DNA from: Chloroflexota bacterium
GTDB lineage: Bacteria; Chloroflexota; Anaerolineae; Aggregatilineales; J027
Assembly: GCA_022616515.1 (NCBI GenBank)
Contig: JAKEEQ010000091.1
Coordinates: 1-48,865 of the forward strand
Length of the DNA: 48,865 nucleotides
Direction of reading: 5' to 3'
Made by a program: the position numbers and the translations under genes. Shown here piece by piece: positions 43,550 through 48,865 of the stretch; within the stretch, counting starts at the first letter, position 1, and every line of letters begins with the position of its first letter. The notes below the pieces were generated by a model. It was not told where the DNA came from. It saw nothing but the letters and a program-made list of their open reading frames with translations, and did not search any database.

Positions 43550-43571
43550 GAACACATTTCGAACACATTTC
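43550..43571. repeat. Perfect 11-bp tandem direct repeat in a divergent promoter region
   Basis: GAACACATTTC GAACACATTTC at 43550-43560 and 43561-43571, between the starts at 43479 (-) and 43639 (+). Confidence 0.85.
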
Positions 43572-43638
43572 GGACATCATCTGGTGAACCTTTGACGGTT
43601 GCAGGTTGTACTATGAACTCAAGCCAAAGGAGGTCCTG

Positions 43639-44472
43639 ATGTACAAGTTATCTATTGGGCGTTTCGATGTCTACAGCATTGATGATGACGCCAGTGAAGG
43701 CGGGGTTGAATTCTTAGCCCCCAATGCTGATCCTGATGAACGGGCAGCGGCATTGGCTCGGCACGGTGTAACCGGAGATAAGGTTCAGATTTCGTACAAT
43801 CCGGTATTGATCGATACTGGCCGTCAGAAAATCCTGATTGATGCAGGCTGGGGGCAGTGGTTAGAAAAAGGAGATGGTGGTAGGTATCATGGCAACCTGC
43901 ACGATGCCATCACGGCAGCGGATATTCAGCTTGTCGTGTTGACCCACGCCCATGTAGATCATTATGGTGGGCTGGTTGGGGAAAACGGAGAGCTATTGTT
44001 CCCAAAGGCCAGTTATATGATGTGGAAAGGGGAATGGGATGATTGGGCCAGCGACGAGGCCATCAAGCGGTTGGAGGCGGAACAAAATCCGCGAGCCGAA
44101 CTCGTACGACATTTCCTTCACCCGCTTCAATCGAAATTAACGTTGTTAACCGAGGATAATCCAGAGATTGCGCCGGGTGTAACGGCCATTCATGCCCCCG
44201 GCCACACGATGGGACACATGGCGGTTCGCGTGGCGGATGGTGATGATGTCCTACTGATTGCCGCCGACGCGCTCCTTCATCCCATTCACATTAAACGTCT
44301 GGATTGGCACTTCGGTAATGATGTTGACCATAATGCCGCACAGGCAACTCGTGAACGGCTTTTATCGAGTGCCTGTGCGGACAATACATGGTTTCATGCC
44401 TATCATTTTGCCTATCCGGGCATCGGTCGAATTACCCGAACAGGCGATGGTTATCGTTTTGTAGCGGTTTAG
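43639..44472 (+). CDS. MBL-fold metallo-hydrolase (lactonase-like)
   Basis: LTHAHVDHYGG (HxHxDH), HAPGHTMGH, later AADAL and H residues. AAGGAGG RBS before ATG 43639, which I prefer to 43606. Confidence 0.85.
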   Translation: MYKLSIGRFDVYSIDDDASEGGVEFLAPNADPDERAAALARHGVTGDKVQISYNPVLIDTGRQKILIDAGWGQWLEKGDGGRYHGNLHDAITAADIQLVVLTHAHVDHYGGLVGENGELLFPKASYMMWKGEWDDWASDEAIKRLEAEQNPRAELVRHFLHPLQSKLTLLTEDNPEIAPGVTAIHAPGHTMGHMAVRVADGDDVLLIAADALLHPIHIKRLDWHFGNDVDHNAAQATRERLLSSACADNTWFHAYHFAYPGIGRITRTGDGYRFVAV

Positions 44473-44810
44473 GCTGCCGTTTCAAGCCAGCGACGTGCCT
44501 TGTCAGGTTTGCTGAAGAACTTGACCTGAAGCGAGTCCTGTACCAGTCGCATTGTTGCCGAGATGACCATATTCGTGAAACTCGCCGGGCGCAAAATCGC
44601 GATTTGCCCATAGAGTGCTTCAAGATGATGCTGTCCGGTAAACTTCTGCTGAAGAGCGGCTGCCACCTTAGGGACTGGAACCGCATCATCCTGTCGTAGA
44701 TCGATCAGCATCTTCAGTGGCTGTGCTGGATCGTGCTGGTTGAGGGTCCGGTCGATGTTTTCAACTAACTCATGCAGGTCATTCTTCTCTAGCGAGAATT
44801 CGTAAATCAT
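44469..44810 (-). CDS. Hypothetical small protein (possibly STAS/SpoIIAA-like)
   Basis: 113 aa with GAGAGGA RBS and no recognisable motif. Its stop overlaps the MBL gene stop by 4 nt. Confidence 0.5.
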   Translation of the reverse strand: MIYEFSLEKNDLHELVENIDRTLNQHDPAQPLKMLIDLRQDDAVPVPKVAAALQQKFTGQHHLEALYGQIAILRPASFTNMVISATMRLVQDSLQVKFFSKPDKARRWLETAA

Positions 44811-44866
44811 TGGTCTTTATCCTCTCTGCCAATCAAGCGTAATCGACTGACGTAAAAATCGCGCTA

Positions 44867-44893
44867 GAAAAAAAGGGGCACGTCTGTGTGCCC
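44867..44893 (-). terminator. Rho-independent terminator of glgP
   Basis: On the minus strand: GGGGCAC-ACAGAC-GTGCCCC followed by TTTTTTT, about 30 nt after the glgP stop. Confidence 0.82.
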
Positions 44894-44922
44894 CTCAGTC
44901 TGGCAATATAGTGAACTATTGC

Positions 44923-47487
44923 TTATCCTGCCCACTGTATGAGGCCGGTCAGGATAGGATCGGTCAGCTTGAAGTCATTCGGCAAAACGCGCACCGAAAT
45001 GCCCCGTTCGCCGGTACTGTCAAAATGGACCGTTGTCTTGAATTTATAAACACCATTCTGATGTTCGTTCGCATAATCCATGTTGATAGCTTTCCCATTA
45101 ATCAACATTCCGGCGGTATCCAGCGAACCGGAGTATGCCTGTACACAAACGTCGTTGGGCATTAGCTTGCCTAGATCAACCCACGCTTCAACGTCTGCCG
45201 TATCCCCAACGTTGACCGCATGTGACGATACTGAGACTTCCTTCACCGCAATATCCTTCCAGGCAGCTTCTACACCCAATCGCCAGTCCGCATAATCCTT
45301 GCCATTCTCGGCATCTTCCACCAGTTCTTCATAACGTTCCGCGGCCCGCATGTAATAGCGGGTTGTGTACTCTTCAACCATACGGTCCGTATTGAAGAAA
45401 CTTGACAGCGATTTCATGCTGGCGCGAACCTTACTCATCCAGTTACGCGGCAGGTTATCACGGCCCCGATCATAAAATGTCGGGATGATGTCTCGTTCCA
45501 GCAGGTTATATAGGGCCTGACTTTCGATGTAGTCCTGAAGTTCCTCATCTTCTACCGAATACTGCTCACCCGCGCCAATAGCCCAGCCAACTCCAGGACT
45601 GTATGCCTCGGCCCACCAACCATCCAGCACACTGCAATTCAATCCAGCGTTGTAAATGACCTTCATACCGCTTGTCCCGCTGGCTTCCTTGGGGCGGCGC
45701 GGTGTGTTCAACCACATATCGACACCCTGCACCATATAACGCGCGACCGTCATGTCATAGTTTTCGAGAAAGACCACTGCATGACGAAACTCCGGCAAAC
45801 TGGAGTAATTCACAATTTCGCGGATAAACTCCTTACCCGGCTGGTCATGAGGATGGGCTTTACCGGCAAAAATAAACTGCACCGGACGGTCTGGATTGTT
45901 GATAAGGCGGTCTAAACGCACCGGGTCGCGGAATAACAGTGTCGCTCGCTTGTATGTTGCGAAACGACGCGCAAACCCGATGGTTAATGCTTCTGGATTA
46001 AGTACCTCTTCGGCTTCTTCAACGTCGGCCTGTGCCAGGCCCCGGTGAATAAATTGCTTTTTCAACCGGGTGCGGGTAAAGGCTACCAAACGAGCACGGC
46101 GGCGTTCGTGAACACGCCACAATTCAGTGTCTGGGATACGGTCAATATCTTCCCAGATAGCCGGGTTGGCAGCATTGGTTTGCCACGCCGGGTCAAGATA
46201 ACGATCAAACAGACTCGCCATATCGGCACTGACCCAACTCTGCATATGAATCCCGTTGGTAATGGAATCAATCGGTACTTCTTGACGAGGAACCTGGGGA
46301 AACATCCACTGCCACATATCCTGTGATACAAGACCATGTAAGGCACTCACACCATTGGTTGAGGCCGACATCTTAAGGGCCATCACCGGCATCGAGAACA
46401 GATCATAGCCGCCCATTGGTTCACGCCCCAGATCGTGGAATTGGCTGCGTGTCAAACCGAGTTCTTTCCATAGCCACTCGAAATGCTCGTCAATCAAATC
46501 AAAACCAAAGCGCTCCAATCCGGCAGGGACGGGTGTGTGGATGGTATATACGCTGGTGGTAGCAATGATATTGCGAGCTTCATCAAAGGTGAATTTGGGA
46601 TGGTGTTTCATAAAGAGGTGGATACGTTCGAGGGCGAGCAGGGCACTATGACCTTCGTTCATATGAAGCACTTTGGCATTGATGCCCAGCGCATTCACCA
46701 TCCGTATGCCCCCGATACCCAGCAATATCTCCTGCCGGATGCGTGTTCGGCGGTCTCCCCCGTAAAGCCGATCCGTCAGATCATGCAGGTCTGCGTCGTT
46801 ATTGGGATGGTTTGCATCCAGCAGATACAGGTTGATCCGCCCAACCGCGACTTTCCAGATGTAAGCGTACAGCGTCCGGTTTGCAATCGGCACCGTAATG
46901 ACCATACGTTTGCCGTCGGCATCATAGACTGGCTGCACCGGCAAGTTGGCGTAATCATTCATCGGATACAATTCTTGCTGGTAGCCATCCTGATTGAGAT
47001 ACTGCTGGAAATATCCTTCCTGATAAAGCAGCCCGACGCCGATCAGCGGAATATCAAGGTCCGAGGCACTCTTGAGGTGATCGCCCGCCAGTACACCCAG
47101 ACCGCCCGAATAGTTTTTAAAACAGGTTGTCAGGCCAAATTCCATACTGAAATAGGCAATAAAGGGAGCATCGTGGTCCCCGTAGTTTGTTCGATACCAT
47201 GTGTCTTTGGCGCTCATGTACTCGTCGAAACTGTCGATGACACGCTTATAGTGTGCCATAAAGGATTTGTCCTGAACCACGTTATCCAGATTTTCCTGGC
47301 TGACTTTGCCAAGAAGAAGCACCGGGTTGTAATCACTCTCAACCCACAAGTCATTATCGAGACGACGGAACAAGGCCTGGCTTTCGTGATCCCAGGACCA
47401 GCGCAAGTTGTACGCCACTTCCAGCAAACGATTGAGTTCAGGTGGAAGTTTGGGCGTTACGTCAATCTTGGCGACAGGATTAATCAT
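44923..47487 (-). CDS. glgP: Alpha-glucan (glycogen/maltodextrin) phosphorylase, GT35
   Basis: 854 aa with the PLP-lysine region PRRPKEASGTSGMKVIYNAGLNCSVLDGWW and conserved GGLGVLAGDHLKSASD. Confidence 0.93.
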   Translation of the reverse strand: MINPVAKIDVTPKLPPELNRLLEVAYNLRWSWDHESQALFRRLDNDLWVESDYNPVLLLGKVSQENLDNVVQDKSFMAHYKRVIDSFDEYMSAKDTWYRTNYGDHDAPFIAYFSMEFGLTTCFKNYSGGLGVLAGDHLKSASDLDIPLIGVGLLYQEGYFQQYLNQDGYQQELYPMNDYANLPVQPVYDADGKRMVITVPIANRTLYAYIWKVAVGRINLYLLDANHPNNDADLHDLTDRLYGGDRRTRIRQEILLGIGGIRMVNALGINAKVLHMNEGHSALLALERIHLFMKHHPKFTFDEARNIIATTSVYTIHTPVPAGLERFGFDLIDEHFEWLWKELGLTRSQFHDLGREPMGGYDLFSMPVMALKMSASTNGVSALHGLVSQDMWQWMFPQVPRQEVPIDSITNGIHMQSWVSADMASLFDRYLDPAWQTNAANPAIWEDIDRIPDTELWRVHERRRARLVAFTRTRLKKQFIHRGLAQADVEEAEEVLNPEALTIGFARRFATYKRATLLFRDPVRLDRLINNPDRPVQFIFAGKAHPHDQPGKEFIREIVNYSSLPEFRHAVVFLENYDMTVARYMVQGVDMWLNTPRRPKEASGTSGMKVIYNAGLNCSVLDGWWAEAYSPGVGWAIGAGEQYSVEDEELQDYIESQALYNLLERDIIPTFYDRGRDNLPRNWMSKVRASMKSLSSFFNTDRMVEEYTTRYYMRAAERYEELVEDAENGKDYADWRLGVEAAWKDIAVKEVSVSSHAVNVGDTADVEAWVDLGKLMPNDVCVQAYSGSLDTAGMLINGKAINMDYANEHQNGVYKFKTTVHFDSTGERGISVRVLPNDFKLTDPILTGLIQWAG

Positions 47488-47692
47488 GTGTTGGGAAACT
47501 CCTGCTTACTTTAAATCAAAAGTGGTGTCCAAAATTGTTCTAAATTCTGGATTATCAGCATAATCATCCTGTCAATTCTGTGCAAGCTTTTATCATAGGC
47601 AAATCTGCCAAATCGGGTGTGAAAAAAAGTACAGCTACAGCGCGGTATAATCTAGTAGGTGACATAGCAATTTTTGCAGAGAGAGACGACTC

Positions 47693-48865
47693 ATGTGGCA
47701 GGAAAATATAGGTGAATTCATAAAGAATATTTTGGAAGACTGGCATGCACCGGGGGCTGCGGTAGCCGTTCTCAAGAGTGATGAGGTGGCGATGATGGAG
47801 GGTTTTGGCTATCGCGACGTCGAACAACAATTGCCCGTAACACCGGACACCCGCTTCGCCATTGCCTCCTGTACCAAAGCCTTCACCGCGATGGGTGTAG
47901 CCCTGCTGGTAGACGATGGTCTGCTGGAATGGGACAAGTCCGTGCGGGATTATATACCCGATTTCAGAATGTATGATGATTATGCGACGCAAAACCTGAC
48001 CGTGCGTGACCTGCTTTGCCACCGCAGCGGCATTCCCCGCCATGATTTCGCGTGGATGGGTACGGACTTCACCCGCGAAGAAATTGTACACAACCTGCGT
48101 TACTTAAAGCCGTTCACCAGTTTTCGGGGCAAATATTATTACCAGAATATCATGTATGCCACCGCTGGTTATTTGTGTCAGGTCGTCAGCGGGCAAGTGT
48201 GGGAGAATTTTATTAGCGAGCGTATTTTTGACGTCCTGGGTATGGAAAACACCAATTTTTCGTTTATTGCCAGTGACTCGATTCACAAAACTGCCTTCCC
48301 TTATCATTTTGATGTAATGCAGCAACAACTAGTCCAACTCAAGCATTATGCCTACCGGGACGGCGCTGAACATGAACCAACTGGCCCGGCAGGCTCGATT
48401 TATTCCACTATTAGAGACCTTACAAAATGGCTGAAAGTTCACCTGCGAGTTAGCGAAGTGTCGCTTGTCTCAGAGAGTAATCTGCGCCAGATGCACCTGC
48501 CGCATACCATTATTCGCGCCCAGGAGGCCAAAGAACTGCTTTATCAAACTGACTTGCTGACCTATGGGCTGGGCTGGCGCATTCGTCCTCATCGCGGTTA
48601 CACATTGATCCAGCATGGTGGCGCAATAGACGGCTTCCGCTCTACTGTGTCATTCATACCTGAAACAAAACTGGGCGTCATTGTGTTGACGAACCTGCAA
48701 CTGCGCGATACCCCCGACGCTATCACACTTGAACTCATTGACGACATTCTCGAACTCGACCCCAATCGCTGGCATCAGCGACTGCTGGAAATATCAGAAA
48801 TTGGCAATCAGGCAATGATTGCTGCGGAAATGTCCGGTGGCAGTAGTCAACCGCCGAGCCACAAC
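47693..48865 (+). CDS. Serine hydrolase of the beta-lactamase class C / PBP4*-esterase family. The 3' end lies outside the window.
   Basis: This ORF is not in the supplied track. I translated it by hand: ATG 47693 (MWQENIGEFIKNILEDWHAPGAAVAVL...) stays open for 391 codons to the window end. Motifs: SxxK = ASCTKAF, YxN = YYQNIMY, and HGG in the KTG position. Confidence 0.85.
   Translation, partial: MWQENIGEFIKNILEDWHAPGAAVAVLKSDEVAMMEGFGYRDVEQQLPVTPDTRFAIASCTKAFTAMGVALLVDDGLLEWDKSVRDYIPDFRMYDDYATQNLTVRDLLCHRSGIPRHDFAWMGTDFTREEIVHNLRYLKPFTSFRGKYYYQNIMYATAGYLCQVVSGQVWENFISERIFDVLGMENTNFSFIASDSIHKTAFPYHFDVMQQQLVQLKHYAYRDGAEHEPTGPAGSIYSTIRDLTKWLKVHLRVSEVSLVSESNLRQMHLPHTIIRAQEAKELLYQTDLLTYGLGWRIRPHRGYTLIQHGGAIDGFRSTVSFIPETKLGVIVLTNLQLRDTPDAITLELIDDILELDPNRWHQRLLEISEIGNQAMIAAEMSGGSSQPPSHN

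Noticed and set aside
46483-47514. 343-aa plus-strand ORF
   Set aside because: It lies entirely antisense to the well-supported glgP gene and has no recognisable motifs or RBS. It is a typical shadow ORF. The same reasoning applies to 45080..45295 and 46045..46326.
47550-47565. GATTAT-CAGC-ATAATC palindrome and AATTCTG direct repeat upstream of glgP
   Set aside because: These are short AT-rich matches in an AT-rich promoter region and are expected by chance. There is no supporting second site.
47564-48091. 175-aa minus-strand ORF (and 48104..48328)
   Set aside because: It is antisense to the hand-translated serine hydrolase gene, which has clear SxxK/YxN motifs. The minus-strand product has no motifs.
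1-48865. CRISPR arrays, tRNA/rRNA genes, prophage or integron features
   Set aside because: I saw no regularly spaced 25-40-bp repeats, no GGTTCGAATCC-type T-arm signatures in intergenic DNA, and no intergenic region longer than about 320 nt. Intergenic space is accounted for by promoters and terminators. This was checked by eye only, so short ncRNAs cannot be excluded.

Overview
This is a 48.9-kb, densely coding chromosomal segment with genes on both strands. I recognised no rRNA, tRNA, CRISPR array, transposase, integrase or phage module. The gene content points to a Chloroflexota-like multicellular or filamentous bacterium: Pro/Thr-linker proteins, giant STAND-type signalling proteins, and many TTG/GTG starts with ATGA/TAATG translational coupling. 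That taxonomic guess is inference only.

Layout, left to right:
1. 1-7.1 kb: a tightly coupled GlcNAc/chito-oligosaccharide-type operon. It holds two ABC permeases, a GH3 NagZ-like enzyme, a secreted GH18, a ROK regulator and an HTH-less LacI-type sensor domain.
2. 7.1-11.5 kb: an MBL hydrolase, a GH63-like glucosidase and a Uma2 endonuclease.
3. 11.8-13.4 kb: a Pro/Thr-rich repeat protein gene interrupted by a 1-nt frameshift.
4. 13.4-18.7 kb: grpE-dnaK flanked by two S41 peptidases.
5. 18.8-23.4 kb: a 1556-aa Ser/Thr kinase - STAND NTPase - TM - WD40 protein.
6. 23.5-29.2 kb: a DUF1295 protein, a Tat-signal protein, a secreted beta-helix protein, prmA and a B12-radical SAM enzyme.
7. 29.3-33 kb: a FIST / histidine kinase / alpha-beta hydrolase operon, then a DtxR-family regulator.
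8. 33-38.7 kb: a small protein plus nucleotidyltransferase pair, convergent with a 1478-aa tandem-cyclase - ATPase - TPR protein.
9. 38.9-48.9 kb: hemH, a GT4-hydrolase-TPR operon, a small Cys-containing secreted peptide, an MBL hydrolase, glgP and a 3'-truncated serine hydrolase that is absent from the ORF track.

The most unusual items are:
- the two giant STAND signalling proteins, one of which appears to be transmembrane;
- the orphan FIST-HK-hydrolase operon divergent from a B12-rSAM gene;
- a degenerate ROK regulator coupled to an HTH-less LacI domain;
- an eight-helix insertion in an ABC permease;
- a structured, terminator-containing grpE leader with no CIRCE element;
- the CCCC frameshift in the PT-rich gene.

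All functional calls come from motif recognition by eye. No database search was run.
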